This document shows positions 32,960 through 43,640 of a stretch of 64,000 nucleotides of DNA, in pieces. Under the pieces are notes generated by a model. The model had not been told where the DNA came from. It was given only the letters and a program-made list of their open reading frames with translations, and made no database searches. The stretch lies in contig OZ243913.1 in assembly GCA_965213705.1 (NCBI GenBank), forward strand, positions 192,001 through 256,000. Reading direction: 5' to 3'. Every line of letters starts with the position of its first letter. The first letter of the stretch is position 1. The DNA is from Trueperaceae bacterium. Its GTDB lineage: Bacteria > Deinococcota > Deinococci > Deinococcales > Trueperaceae. The translations under genes were made by a program, and so were the position numbers.

Positions 32960-33156
32960 TTTCAAGCTCCTCCCAGCGGTCGGCGCGCGGACCCGCACCC
33001 CCGAGCCCGCCGCGTCCAAACGTTGCCCAAGCGTAAGGCGTTTCGGCGCGGGGCTTTGTATCGGGTCGAAGCTTTGCCCGACCCTGCGGACGACGTGAGG
33101 CGCAACCCCTGGGCCGCCCCCTTGGACACCCGTTCGTCAGACGCTAAACTGCGCAG

Positions 33157-34407
33157 GTGGAAACTTTGCGCCTCGAGCAGCAAGACAGCTACCGAACCCG
33201 GTTCGAAGCCGCCGTAACGAGCGTGCGCCAAGAAGACGGCGCGCTCTGGGTCGCGCTCGACCAGAGTTTGTTTTATCCCGAGTCCGGCGGTCAACCCGCC
33301 GACAGGGGTATGCTCGGCGCTGATAAAGTCACGTACAGGGTCACAGACGTACAAAAACGGAACGGGGCGGTGTGGCACCGGCTCGAGCCCCACACCGCCC
33401 CGCCTAATCCTGTCGAGTTCAACACTGCCGAGCCCGGCCCCGGTCTCGACGTCGGGCAGGGCGTCATGGGCACCCTCGACTGGCAGCGCCGCTACCGCCA
33501 CATGCAGCGCCACAGCGCCCAGCACCTGCTGTCCCAAGCTTTTTTGCGGGTTAACCCGGCTTTCGAAACCCGCTCGGTAGGTTTAGCGAGCGAGGTTTGC
33601 ACCCTCGACTTGGCGGGCGAACCCGCCGCGGCCGACTGCGCCGCGGCCGAGCGGACGGTGAGTGCGGTCTGTTACCAAAACCTGCCTGTACGCGTCTTTG
33701 AAGTGGACGAGCGCAGTTTGGGCGACTACGCGCTGCGCCGCCCGCCCAAGGTGACGGGCCGTGTTCGGCTCGTCGAAATGGGCGACTTCGAGCTTTCAGC
33801 CTGCGGCGGTACCCACCTGCGCAGCACCGCGGAGGCGTTGCCCGTCAAGGTGTTGGGCGCGGAGCGCGTCAAACGTGAACGGGTACGGGTGCGCTTTAGC
33901 GCGGGCGTAGAGGCCCTGGACGACTACCGGCTCAAACACCGCGTCGTCGCAAGTTTGGGCCGCACTTTGAGCGCGCCGTCGGCGGACTTGCCGGGGCGGG
34001 TCGCCGCGCTGCAAGAAGAATTGAGTGAGGCGCGGCGGTCTTTGCAGCAAAACCTCGAGCAGCGGGCCGAACGCGCCGCCGAAGACTTGCTGACGCGCGC
34101 TCGGGTTACGGGGGCCGGGCGCGTGGTGACGGCGCAGCTCGAGCCCGGTTTGCTGCAACCGGTCGCCGCGGCGCTGTGCCGAACACCCGACGTCATCGCC
34201 CTGCTCGGCAGCGCGGAACACGAACGGGCCACGCTGCTGTTCGTGCGAGGTGAGGTTGCGACCGCCGACATGAACTCCGCCTTGCGCGCGGTGCTGCCCC
34301 TCGTGGACGGACGCGGCGGCGGCAAACCCGACCGCGCGCAAGGCGGCGGCGCGGCGGCCGGGTTGACTGCAGCGCTTGAGCGCGCCGCGCACCTGTTGAG
34401 TGGGTGA
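33157..34407 (+). CDS. alaX: Alanyl-tRNA editing protein (AlaX) with DHHA1-like C-terminus
   Basis: FYPESGGQPADRG, HMQRHSAQH, CGGTH zinc motifs, GRGGGKPDRAQGG. Confidence 0.88.
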   Translation: METLRLEQQDSYRTRFEAAVTSVRQEDGALWVALDQSLFYPESGGQPADRGMLGADKVTYRVTDVQKRNGAVWHRLEPHTAPPNPVEFNTAEPGPGLDVGQGVMGTLDWQRRYRHMQRHSAQHLLSQAFLRVNPAFETRSVGLASEVCTLDLAGEPAAADCAAAERTVSAVCYQNLPVRVFEVDERSLGDYALRRPPKVTGRVRLVEMGDFELSACGGTHLRSTAEALPVKVLGAERVKRERVRVRFSAGVEALDDYRLKHRVVASLGRTLSAPSADLPGRVAALQEELSEARRSLQQNLEQRAERAAEDLLTRARVTGAGRVVTAQLEPGLLQPVAAALCRTPDVIALLGSAEHERATLLFVRGEVATADMNSALRAVLPLVDGRGGGKPDRAQGGGAAAGLTAALERAAHLLSG

Positions 34408-34599
34408 AAGCTTGAATGGGTGAGAGCCCAACCCGGCCTTTTTTCTTGACCACCCGTCGCCCCGGCGAGTCCGCCGGTTATACTGCGCTGTTGTGCGCCC
34501 GGCGTTGTGCGCCCGGACACGTTTGACGCGCCGGTCGGCGGGTAGCCGCGGCGACGCAGCCGTTCGGTGGGGACGGACCTGAAAGCGATGTGGAGAAAC

Positions 34600-35643
34600 A
34601 TGTTTAGATTTTGGCAGGAAATCGGCGTCGACTTGGGCACGGCGAGCGTGCTTATCTACGTCAAAGGCAAGGGCATCAAACTTCGCGAGCCCTCGGTTAT
34701 CGCGATGGTGCGCGATACCGGCGAGGTCAAGGCGGTCGGCGAGGAGGCGTACCGGATGCTCGGGCGCACACCCGGCAACATCGTGGCGGTACGGCCCATG
34801 CGTGACGGCGTCATCGCCGACTACGACCTGACCGAAAAGATGCTGAAGGCTTTTGTCGGCAAGGTGTTGGGTCGTACGAGGGGCATGTTCGGCATGTTCC
34901 GCCCCAACATCATGATTTGTGTGCCGTCGGGCGTGACCGAGGTGGAAAAGCGCGCCGTGTTGCAGGCAACGCGTGAGGTCGGGGCGCGCAAAGCCTACCT
35001 TATAGAGGAACCGCTCGCCGCGGCCATCGGTGCGGGCGTGAACATCGGCGAACCCACGGGCTCGATGATTGTCGACATCGGCGGGGGCACGACCGACGTC
35101 GCCATCATCAGTTTGGGCGGCATCGTGGTGAGCGAAAGTCTGCGCGTCGCGGGCAACGAGTTCGACGAGGCCATCATCCGCTTTGTACGCCAAAAAGAAA
35201 ACCTGCTCATCGGCGACCGCACCGCCGAAGAGGTCAAGATAAAAGTCGGCGCGGCCGTTATCAACGAGCCCGACGACGTGCGCGAACTCTCGGTGCGCGG
35301 GCGCGACCTTATCAACGGTTTGCCCAAAACGGTGACGATGACCAGCGAGGACGTGGTCGCGGCGCTTGAAGAGCCGTTGCAGCGCATCGCCGAGTCGGTG
35401 CGGCGGGTGCTCGAGCACGCTCCGCCCGAACTCGTCGCCGACGTTATCGACCGCGGTATTATCATGACCGGCGGCGGCTCGTTGTTAGCGAACTTCGACA
35501 CGCTGCTGCGCAAAACGACCGGCATCCCCGTCGTCGTCGCGGACAACGCCGTCGACAGCGTCGCCCTGGGCACGGGTCAAGCCCTGGAGATGCTCGGCGT
35601 GCTGCGCGAGGCGCTCATCTCGGACAAGTTCTTGCGGCGCTGA
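34600..35643 (+). CDS. mreB: Rod shape-determining protein MreB
   Basis: IGVDLGTA, EPSVIA, IEEPLAAAIGAG, DIGGGTTDVA, TGGGSLL. Confidence 0.96.
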   Translation: MFRFWQEIGVDLGTASVLIYVKGKGIKLREPSVIAMVRDTGEVKAVGEEAYRMLGRTPGNIVAVRPMRDGVIADYDLTEKMLKAFVGKVLGRTRGMFGMFRPNIMICVPSGVTEVEKRAVLQATREVGARKAYLIEEPLAAAIGAGVNIGEPTGSMIVDIGGGTTDVAIISLGGIVVSESLRVAGNEFDEAIIRFVRQKENLLIGDRTAEEVKIKVGAAVINEPDDVRELSVRGRDLINGLPKTVTMTSEDVVAALEEPLQRIAESVRRVLEHAPPELVADVIDRGIIMTGGGSLLANFDTLLRKTTGIPVVVADNAVDSVALGTGQALEMLGVLREALISDKFLRR

Positions 35644-35675
35644 GTTCAATCGCCGACGTGCGGTAGCATGGGCAC

Positions 35676-37406
35676 GTGAAACGTTTTTGGCGCTTTTGTC
35701 TGTTCGGAACCCTGGCGGTCGCCGCGTCGCCCGCTTTTGCAACCACTTTTCCCTTGTCGGACCTGCGACCGGGCTTGACGGGTTACGGGCTCACCGCCGG
35801 TCCCGGCAACGTCGTCGAGCGCTTCGGAATTGAGGTCTTGGGTCTGCAGGCGGACACCGGCCTGGGGTTTCCGGTGGTGCTGGTGCAGGCCTCGGGCGAC
35901 TTTATCACCGCCTCGGGCGGGGTCGCCGCCGGGATGAGCGGCAGCCCGGTGTACTTGTCCTTAAACGGTGAGGACGCGCTGCTGGGCGCTGTCGGCTACG
36001 TGTTCCCGAGCAGCGACCACAGTCTAGCGCTCGTCACACCCATCGCGACGATGCAAGAGGCGACGACCGCGGACTTTGTTCCGTTCGGCCGGGAGCGGTT
36101 CGCCGGACTCGGCGCGGCCGTCCCGGTGCGCACCCCGCTGTTGCTGTCGGGCGTGAGCGAACGGGCGAGCCGGAGGGTCGCGCCCCTGTTTCAGGCCGCC
36201 GGTCTCGAGGTAGTGCCGGTGCAAACGGGCGGTGGCGGTTTCGACGAGGGCGAGTACCGGCTCGAGCCGGGCAGCGCCGTGAGCGTCCAACTCGTCCGTG
36301 GCGACGTCACCGTGGCGGCGGTCGGCACGGTGACGAGCGTCGAACAGGACACGGTATTGGCCTTTGGACATCCGCTCTTGAACGCGGGCGCGGTCTCGTT
36401 CGCGTTCGCGCCCGCGTTTGTCTCCTACATCGTGCCGAGCGACGTCGTGCCGTTCAAGCTCGCCGACAGCGGCAAAACGGTGTTGGGTACGATTTTACAA
36501 GACCGACCCGCCGCCATTGCCGGACGCTTAAACGAAACGCCCGACCTGCTCCCGGTCACCCTCACCCTGGACGGGCCGGGGGGCACGACGGCCAAGGCGT
36601 TTGAAATCACCAGAGACGAACGCTTTTACGCGCCGCTTCTCGCCACCGCGACTTTGCAACTGCTCGACGAAGCGCGCGCGCAAGTCGGCGCGGGCACGGT
36701 CGACCTCGCCTGGGACATCACGCTGCAAGACGGCGTCAAGCTGCGCGTGCTCGAGCAAGTCAGCGACCCCGACGACGTCGCCTCGGCGGCGGCGGGGTTG
36801 GCGGCGACGCCGCTCGCCGTGCTGGCCGGCAACATCTTCGAAGCGCCCGACGTCCAAAGAGTAGCCGTCAGGCTCAGTTTCGAAGACGACCAGCGCACCG
36901 CCGAAATTATCGAGGTCATAGCCGACAGCGAAACGCTTCAACCGGGTCAACCCTTCAACGTCCACGTGCGTTTGCAACCTTACCGGTCCCCGCCCGTGGT
37001 GGAAAACCTGAGCCTTTACTTTCCTAAAGACGCTACCGGCGACCTCACCGTGACCTTTCGCGGCGGCCTCACAGCGCCGGAAAACGAAGAAGAGGTCGAA
37101 AAGGAAGACGGCAACCCCATTCTGTCCTTCGGCGAACTTTTAGTGGTGCTGCACGACCAGGTCCAGTCGAGCGAACTCGTCGTCGAAACCGAGCTGGACG
37201 GGGAGACGGTGCGTTTGGAGCGCCTGACGTTCCCGTACCTCGTCAAGGGTGAAAAAACGCTTTCTGTGACCGTCGGTGAAGAAGACTCGAGCCCCGAAGA
37301 AACCGCCCCCGACGACACCGTCCCGGCCGAACCCGTGCCCGCACCGGACGAGCTTTTGCCCGACCCCAGCCCCGATCCGGTGCCGCCGCTCGAGCCTAGC
37401 CCGTGA
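35676..37406 (+). CDS. SpoIVB/peptidase S55 domain exported protein
   Basis: Signal peptide, [27 protein letters not shown]. Acidic Pro-rich tail. Confidence 0.85.
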   Translation: MKRFWRFCLFGTLAVAASPAFATTFPLSDLRPGLTGYGLTAGPGNVVERFGIEVLGLQADTGLGFPVVLVQASGDFITASGGVAAGMSGSPVYLSLNGEDALLGAVGYVFPSSDHSLALVTPIATMQEATTADFVPFGRERFAGLGAAVPVRTPLLLSGVSERASRRVAPLFQAAGLEVVPVQTGGGGFDEGEYRLEPGSAVSVQLVRGDVTVAAVGTVTSVEQDTVLAFGHPLLNAGAVSFAFAPAFVSYIVPSDVVPFKLADSGKTVLGTILQDRPAAIAGRLNETPDLLPVTLTLDGPGGTTAKAFEITRDERFYAPLLATATLQLLDEARAQVGAGTVDLAWDITLQDGVKLRVLEQVSDPDDVASAAAGLAATPLAVLAGNIFEAPDVQRVAVRLSFEDDQRTAEIIEVIADSETLQPGQPFNVHVRLQPYRSPPVVENLSLYFPKDATGDLTVTFRGGLTAPENEEEVEKEDGNPILSFGELLVVLHDQVQSSELVVETELDGETVRLERLTFPYLVKGEKTLSVTVGEEDSSPEETAPDDTVPAEPVPAPDELLPDPSPDPVPPLEPSP

Positions 37407-38404
37407 CCCCGCACGACGCTCAAGCTTTGAGCGATTTTTTGGGCGGTCGTCTTGTCGGCGAAAATCGCTCTGTGGCTACCCTGCGCCCACCTGAGAAACC
37501 CACGCCGGACGCCGTCGTCGTCCTCGGCACTCGAGCCGAGGCGGAAATCTTGAGCGACGCCGAGGTCGCCGTGCTCGTGGTGCCCGGCACGCTGCAGTTC
37601 GACTTTTTACACCCGCTCATCCGCGTGACAGACACCCGGCTCGCGCTGGCGCGACTTTCAACACTCTTCGACGAGCGCCCGAGGGTGGCCGAGGGAATTT
37701 GCTCGAGCGCTACCGTCCATGACACCGCCCTGCTCGCCGAGGACGTCCACCTGGGCGCGGGCGTGGTCGTCGGGGCGGGCGCGCGCCTGGGCCGCGGCAC
37801 GCGCGTCGGGCCGGGCTGCGTGTTAGGCGCAGGCGCGCGCGTGGGCGAAGACTGCACGCTGCACGCAAACGTCACGCTTTACGACGGCGTGACGCTGCAC
37901 AGTCGGGTAACGCTCCACAGCGGCGTGGTGGTCGGCGCGGACGGTTTCGGCTACGCGCGGGGGGAGCGCGGCGCGGTCAAGATTCACCACCTGGGCGGCG
38001 TGGTGTTGGAAGACGACGTGGAAGTCGGCGCGAACACGTGCATCGACCGGGGCACCCTGCAGAACACCCGCGTCGGCGCGCGCAGCAAAATCGACAACCT
38101 CTGCCAAATTGGGCACAACGTAACCATCGGGCCGGACTGTTTGATAGCGGGCACGGTCGGCATCGCCGGGAGCACGGTGTTGGGCGCGCGCGTTACGGTC
38201 GGCGGCTCGGCGGGCATCGGCGACCACCTCAACATCGGCGACGACGCGCGCGTGGCGGGCCGGGCGGGCGTCATCAAAGACATCCCGGCCGGGGAAACCT
38301 GGGCGGGCTTTCCGGCGCGGCCCCACAGGGCGTGGCTGCGGGGGTTGTACTTGCAGGGCAAGCTCGAGACCCTGTGGCAAGCTTTTAGAGAAAATCGTGG
38401 TTAG
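37403..38404 (+). CDS. lpxD: UDP-3-O-acyl-glucosamine N-acyltransferase
   Basis: Hexapeptide repeats, [29 protein letters not shown]. Confidence 0.93.
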   Translation: MTPHDAQALSDFLGGRLVGENRSVATLRPPEKPTPDAVVVLGTRAEAEILSDAEVAVLVVPGTLQFDFLHPLIRVTDTRLALARLSTLFDERPRVAEGICSSATVHDTALLAEDVHLGAGVVVGAGARLGRGTRVGPGCVLGAGARVGEDCTLHANVTLYDGVTLHSRVTLHSGVVVGADGFGYARGERGAVKIHHLGGVVLEDDVEVGANTCIDRGTLQNTRVGARSKIDNLCQIGHNVTIGPDCLIAGTVGIAGSTVLGARVTVGGSAGIGDHLNIGDDARVAGRAGVIKDIPAGETWAGFPARPHRAWLRGLYLQGKLETLWQAFRENRG

Positions 38405-39170
38405 CGGCCACGCCCTGCACAGCGGCGTGTTTTGCGAGGTGCGCTTTCACGTCGAAGAAGGGCCGGTGCGTTTTGTCCGCAACGGCACGAACGTCGAAGC
38501 GACCCTGCAAAACGTGACCAGCACAGAACGTTGCACGACTTTGAGTTACGACGGAGAAAGTGTCACGCTGGTCGAACACCTGCTGGCCGCGCTCCACGTG
38601 CGCGGCTGGTGGCGCGGCCTCGTCGTCGAGGCGAGCGCCGCCGAACTGCCGATTTTGGACGGCTCGAGCGCGCCGTGGCTGCCCGAACTCGACGCCCTCG
38701 GCCCGCCGCCCGCACCGCCGCCGCCCTTGGAAATCACTGAGGATTTGGGGCTCGAGCTGAACGGCAGCCGCTTGAGCGTGTCGCCGGGCGAGCCCTCACT
38801 TTACGTTGAGGTAGCCTACGACCACCCGGCGCTGCGGCGGCAAAGCTGGCAGGGAGACGCGGGCCGCTACAGCGAACTTTTAGGGGCGCGGACCTTCGGT
38901 TTTTTAGGCGACTTCGAAAGTTTGCGCCGCGCCGGGCTCGTTGCGCACGCGACGCTGGAAAATGCTATCGTTTACGCAGAGGGGGGACCGCTCACGCCGC
39001 TCAGAAGCGTGGACGAGCCTGTTAAACACAAAGCCTTAGACCTGTTGGGGGATATGTTCTTGCTAGGCCGACCGCTTCACGGCAGCCTTTGCGCTGTCAA
39101 AGGCTCCCACACCAGCCACGTTGCTTTCGCACGGCGGCTCCGGGCTCATCTCCAGCTCGAGACCCCATGA
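38397..39170 (+). CDS. lpxC: UDP-3-O-acyl-GlcNAc deacetylase
   Basis: [39 protein letters not shown]. Confidence 0.92.
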   Translation: MVSGHALHSGVFCEVRFHVEEGPVRFVRNGTNVEATLQNVTSTERCTTLSYDGESVTLVEHLLAALHVRGWWRGLVVEASAAELPILDGSSAPWLPELDALGPPPAPPPPLEITEDLGLELNGSRLSVSPGEPSLYVEVAYDHPALRRQSWQGDAGRYSELLGARTFGFLGDFESLRRAGLVAHATLENAIVYAEGGPLTPLRSVDEPVKHKALDLLGDMFLLGRPLHGSLCAVKGSHTSHVAFARRLRAHLQLETP

Positions 39171-39180
39171 AACGAACTTC

Positions 39181-40146
39181 ATGAAACGCCTCAGGGTCGG
39201 CGTCGTCGGTGCAGGCGTGATGGGCAAACATCATGCCAACATCTACGCCGCGCTGCCCCATGTCGACCTCGTCGCCGTCGCCGACCCGGACCCCACACAA
39301 CGCCGTGAAATGAGCGACCGTTACGCCGTCGAAACCTACCCGGACGCCGAAACGCTGCTGAGCCATGCCCGCTTGGACGCGGTGAGCATCGCCGCGCCGA
39401 CGAGCCTGCATTACCGCCTCAGCAAGCGTTTTTTAGAAGCGGGTGTTCACGTTTTGGTCGAAAAGCCGGTCGCCACCGACATGTTCCAGGCCAAAGCCCT
39501 CATAGGCTTGAGCCGCGAGCGCGGGCTCGTGCTGCAAGTCGGGCACATCACCCGGTTTTACAAGGCGGTCGACCTGCTCAAAGAACAGTCACGGCGGCCC
39601 TACCTCATCGAAGCGCGGCGGCTCACCCCTTACGCCCGCATCAAAGACGCGGGCGTCATTTTGGACCTGATGATTCACGACATCGACATCGTGCTGAGTT
39701 TGGTGAGCAGCGAAGTCAAAAGCGTCAGCGTGTCGGGCCACGTCCTGAACGGCAGCCCCTTTGAAGACGTGGCGGCGGCGCAAATCGTCTTTGAAAACGG
39801 CTGTATCGCCCGCTTTTTGGCGAGCCGCGTCGCCCCCGACGCCGAGCGCACCCTCGTCGTCGCCGAGGCCGAGCAGACCCTGCGCTTGGACTTCGCCAAA
39901 GAGCCGCACACCGAGATGGCCGTCTATAAACCGCTCCACGACGAGACCGGCAACGGCCACGTGCAAGTCGACGTGCGCAGCGTGTACGAGGACAACCCGC
40001 TCCGCAAGGAACTCGAGCACTTTTTAGCCCGCATCCGCACCGGCGCGCCGCCGGTGGGCACCCCTGAGGACGACCTGCGCTCGCTCAGTTTGGCGACGCA
40101 GTTGATTGAGAAGTTGGAAGTCACGCGGACGGCGCAGTTGGTGTGA
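39181..40146 (+). CDS. Gfo/Idh/MocA oxidoreductase (GnnA-like)
   Basis: GVVGAGVMG, HVLVEKP, VILDLMIHDID. Lies inside the lpx operon. Confidence 0.85.
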   Translation: MKRLRVGVVGAGVMGKHHANIYAALPHVDLVAVADPDPTQRREMSDRYAVETYPDAETLLSHARLDAVSIAAPTSLHYRLSKRFLEAGVHVLVEKPVATDMFQAKALIGLSRERGLVLQVGHITRFYKAVDLLKEQSRRPYLIEARRLTPYARIKDAGVILDLMIHDIDIVLSLVSSEVKSVSVSGHVLNGSPFEDVAAAQIVFENGCIARFLASRVAPDAERTLVVAEAEQTLRLDFAKEPHTEMAVYKPLHDETGNGHVQVDVRSVYEDNPLRKELEHFLARIRTGAPPVGTPEDDLRSLSLATQLIEKLEVTRTAQLV

Positions 40147-40188
40147 GGGATATTCATGATTGTAGCTCACTACGATTAAGGATGATAT

Positions 40189-41106
40189 TTGTTAGCTAAA
40201 AAGCGAAAACAGCACTACGTCTGGCGGCATTATCTTAAAGCCTGGTCAGACGAAGATGGGCTTATCTGCTGCTTAAGAGAAGGTAAGATTTTCAGATCAA
40301 ACCCGATGGGGATTGCCCACAGCAGAGACTTCTACAGACTCAGAGAGTTAACCCCTCGCGAAATTGAGCTGGTGAAATTGGCCTTCGTTGATAATTCTCC
40401 TGAACATTTGAAGGATATTAATAGCGATTGGATAAAAATTTTTGGCAGCGTTTTTGAATTTCGAAAGTGTTTAGAAGTACATGAAATGTTGGATGAGGAG
40501 TGGAATGAGTTTTTAGACATTGTAGTGAACAATCTTGAGGAAGAACTTCACGCTGATGTTGAAACGAATTCAGTTAGGTACTTAGCTTCTTTAGTGGAAG
40601 AAGATACTTCTTTCGTTACTAGCCATGAATACATGAATTTTCTTGTTTTCTTGATTTTGCAGTACGTTCGGACAAACAAAGTCAAAACCAATTTTTTGTC
40701 TGCTGTACACGGTGTTATTCCAAACATAAATGTAGAAGCTGTTTGGAGCGTTTCCAAACATATTTTTGCAACGAATTTTGCATGGAACTTATATTCCAAA
40801 CGAGAAAAGATGAAACTATACTTGCTTAGAAACACGACATCCGCTGAGCTTATTACTGGTGACCAACTAGTGGTTAACACTTACGCAACTGACACAGAAA
40901 AATATCAACCTGTAGATGATCTGGAGCTGTATTACCCTATTACGCCAAGGTTGGGAATACTTATAACTGATCAGTTATCCTTGCGGAACGGTGAGATTTT
41001 AGAGCTAAATGAAGACGATGTTGCAGTGTACAATCATCATATTTTTCAGAATGCACACGACCAAATTTATAGCCTTTCACGAGTTTCGTTAGAGAAGTTA
41101 ATGTAA
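40189..41106 (+). CDS. DUF4238-family protein, low GC
   Basis: N-terminal KQHYVWRHYLKAW, LITGDQLVVN, YYPITPRLG. GC about 35-40% by eye versus about 60-65% in flanks. Confidence 0.78.
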   Translation: MLAKKRKQHYVWRHYLKAWSDEDGLICCLREGKIFRSNPMGIAHSRDFYRLRELTPREIELVKLAFVDNSPEHLKDINSDWIKIFGSVFEFRKCLEVHEMLDEEWNEFLDIVVNNLEEELHADVETNSVRYLASLVEEDTSFVTSHEYMNFLVFLILQYVRTNKVKTNFLSAVHGVIPNINVEAVWSVSKHIFATNFAWNLYSKREKMKLYLLRNTTSAELITGDQLVVNTYATDTEKYQPVDDLELYYPITPRLGILITDQLSLRNGEILELNEDDVAVYNHHIFQNAHDQIYSLSRVSLEKLM

Positions 41107-41177
41107 ATCAAAACGCAACTAGGCACTGCAAGAGTTCACCTCCCGACCCGCCCGGCCCGAATGCTAGACTGACCCCC

Positions 41178-41612
41178 ATGACCACCCGACCCCAAACCGT
41201 CGACATCCGCGCGCTGTTGCCGCACCGTTACCCGTTTTTGATGGTGGACGCCTTTGTTTCGCAGCAGGGCGACAGTTTCGAATGTGTCAAAAACGTGAGT
41301 TTCAACGAGCCCTTTTTTCAGGGCCACTTTCCCGAAGAACCGGTGATGCCGGGGGTGCTGATTCTCGAGGCCCTAGCCCAAGCCGCCGCCGTGGGTCTGG
41401 CGGTGCGTGAGGGTGCGTTCGACAAGCGCGTCGGCTACTTCGTCGGCATCGACGCCGCCAAGTTCACGCGGAAAGTCGTGCCGGGCGACCGTTTGCGCTT
41501 AACCGGCGACATTTTGCTCTATCGGCGCAGGCTTTACAAAGTGGCGACTAAGGCTCTTGTGGGTGACGAGCTGGCCGCCGAAGCGCAACTGGCGTTCGTG
41601 TTCGCGGAGTAG
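41178..41612 (+). CDS. fabZ: 3-hydroxyacyl-ACP dehydratase
   Basis: LPHRYPFLMVD, KNVSFNEPFFQGHFP, MPGVLILEALAQ. TAGACT-7nt-ATG. Confidence 0.96.
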   Translation: MTTRPQTVDIRALLPHRYPFLMVDAFVSQQGDSFECVKNVSFNEPFFQGHFPEEPVMPGVLILEALAQAAAVGLAVREGAFDKRVGYFVGIDAAKFTRKVVPGDRLRLTGDILLYRRRLYKVATKALVGDELAAEAQLAFVFAE

Positions 41613-41613
41613 C

Positions 41614-42384
41614 GTGCCGGTGCTGCCCCGCATCCACGCCAGCGCCTCGGTGAGTTCGCAAGCGCGGCTCGCCGACACGGTAACGGTCGGGCCGAACGTG
41701 GTGGTAGAAGATGACGTGGTCGTCGAGGACGGCGTCACGCTGCTGGCGGGCACGGTGCTCCACGCGGGCAGCCGGGTCGGGCCGGGGTGCCGTTTGGGAC
41801 CTTACGCAGTGGTCGGCGGCGAGCCGATGGACACTGCGTTCCGGGGTGAAACGAGTTACGCCGTGCTGGAAGCGAATACCGTGCTGCGCGAGTTCGCCAC
41901 GGTTCACCGCGCGACCGGCGAAGGCGAGGTGACGCGGGTCGGCGCGGACACGCTCGTCATGAGTTACGCGCACGTGTCGCACAACACGCGGGTCGGGCGA
42001 GGTTGTGTGCTGACCACAGGCGTGCAGCTCGGTGGACACAGCGAAATCGGCGACTTCGCGGTGCTCGGCTCAGGCGCGCTGCTGCACCAGTTTTGCCGTG
42101 TCGGAACCCACGCCATGTTCGGCGCGGGGAGCGCGACGAACCAGGACGTGCTGCCCTTCAGCTTGGCGCGCGGCAACCTGGCAGCGCACTACCGGCTCAA
42201 CCGGGTGGGGCTGGAGCGGCGCGGTATTGTTGGCGAGCGTTACAAAAACCTCGAGCACGCCGTCCGCGCCTTCCGAAAACGCGACTGGGCGACCCTCGAA
42301 GCGTTGGCCGAGACGAGCGACGACGTGCGGACGATGCTCGAGTTCAAACAAACCTCCAAACGTGGTTTATGCTCTTTCGTGTGA
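41614..42384 (+). CDS. lpxA: Acyl-ACP:UDP-GlcNAc O-acyltransferase
   Basis: Hexapeptide repeats, GGEPMD, REFATVHRAT, YAHVSHN, HQFCRVG, LNRVGLERRG. Confidence 0.92.
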   Translation: MPVLPRIHASASVSSQARLADTVTVGPNVVVEDDVVVEDGVTLLAGTVLHAGSRVGPGCRLGPYAVVGGEPMDTAFRGETSYAVLEANTVLREFATVHRATGEGEVTRVGADTLVMSYAHVSHNTRVGRGCVLTTGVQLGGHSEIGDFAVLGSGALLHQFCRVGTHAMFGAGSATNQDVLPFSLARGNLAAHYRLNRVGLERRGIVGERYKNLEHAVRAFRKRDWATLEALAETSDDVRTMLEFKQTSKRGLCSFV

Positions 42385-42446
42385 GGTCGAACGCCACGTC
42401 GCACTTTCCCCTCGGTACCCGGTACCCGGTTACTCACCCCTGACCC

Positions 42447-43640
42447 GTGCAGGCCCTCCTAGTCGCCAACGGCCCCGGCGAACTCTACGCCTGGGCGCAG
42501 CCCGTGTTGCGTACCCTCCGGCGGCTCCGGCCCGAGCTTGAAATAGCCGTCGTCATCGCCCCCGACCAGTTCTCGAGCGGGGCCGAGGCCGCCACGGCGC
42601 GCGGTTTCGGCGCGGACGTGGTGGTGCCGCCGAGCGCGTTCGTCAAGTTTTTGGCGACAGGCCGAACGCCCGCAGGTTTGGGGGGCGAACGCGGCTTCGT
42701 GCTGAGCTTGGGCGGCAACTTGAGAATGGCGCTGAGACTCGCTCGGGCCCTGAAGTATTCCGCTTACCGCTACGGCTTCGTCCCAACATGGGACAAGCGT
42801 TTGCAGCGCCTGTTCGTCCACGATGAGGCCGCAGAGCGCAAGGCGCGCCGCCGCGGTGCGCCCCCGGAACGGCTCGAGCGTGTGGGCAACCTGGTGGCGG
42901 ACGCCGTGGCGGGGGCTGAGACGGCGCAGCCCGCCGGACATCCTCACGTCGTCTTGCTCACCGGCACGCGCGACGCGATGTCGGCGCTCCTCATCCCGTT
43001 TATGCTCGGGACGGCCGACCGCTTGGGGGGGGCGTTTCCGGGGGCGAGCTTCGTGTGGCCGGTAAGTCCGCTCCTCAAACCCGAAACCGTGCGCGACGGG
43101 ATTGCCGGCGTTCAAAAAGAGGTTTTGGGCGGCGTCTCGAGCCAGCGCGACGGGAACCGCGTTATCACGCCGAGCGGCGTCAGCGTCTGCCTCGTGCCCG
43201 AACACCTGCGCTACGCACACATGCGCGCGGCCGACTTTGCCCTGACCATTCCCGGCACGAATACTTTAGAGCTGGGCATTGCCGGGGTGCCAAGCCTCGT
43301 CCTGTTGCCGATGAACAAGCCCGAAGTCATTCCCCTGGAGGGCGTCGGGCAGTGGCTCGGCATAATTCCCGTCGTGGGCAAGTACGTTAAGCGCTACTCT
43401 GTCAAGCTGTTCGTGGAGGGTTTGGACGTGCCGGTATCGCTGCCGAACCGCTTCGCAGGCGAGGAGTTGATGGTGGAAATGAAGGGCAAACTCGACCCGG
43501 GGATGGTCGCGGAGCGGGCCACCGCCCTCCTGAACGACCCCCAGGACTTGCCGCGCCGCCGCGAACGGCTCGCCGCCACCATGCCGAAGCCCGGCGCGGC
43601 GGAACGGCTGGTGACAAGTATTCTGGGAGACTTCGCGTGA
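42447..43640 (+). CDS. lpxB: Lipid-A-disaccharide synthase-like glycosyltransferase (divergent LpxB)
   Basis: ANGPGEL, VGNLVAD, PGTNTLELGIAGVP, VSLPN motifs. Follows lpxA. Confidence 0.7.
   Translation: MQALLVANGPGELYAWAQPVLRTLRRLRPELEIAVVIAPDQFSSGAEAATARGFGADVVVPPSAFVKFLATGRTPAGLGGERGFVLSLGGNLRMALRLARALKYSAYRYGFVPTWDKRLQRLFVHDEAAERKARRRGAPPERLERVGNLVADAVAGAETAQPAGHPHVVLLTGTRDAMSALLIPFMLGTADRLGGAFPGASFVWPVSPLLKPETVRDGIAGVQKEVLGGVSSQRDGNRVITPSGVSVCLVPEHLRYAHMRAADFALTIPGTNTLELGIAGVPSLVLLPMNKPEVIPLEGVGQWLGIIPVVGKYVKRYSVKLFVEGLDVPVSLPNRFAGEELMVEMKGKLDPGMVAERATALLNDPQDLPRRRERLAATMPKPGAAERLVTSILGDFA

Noticed and set aside
42413..42446. CGGTACC heptamer repeats between lpxA and lpxB
   Set aside because: Only 2-3 degenerate units; too short to support a function.
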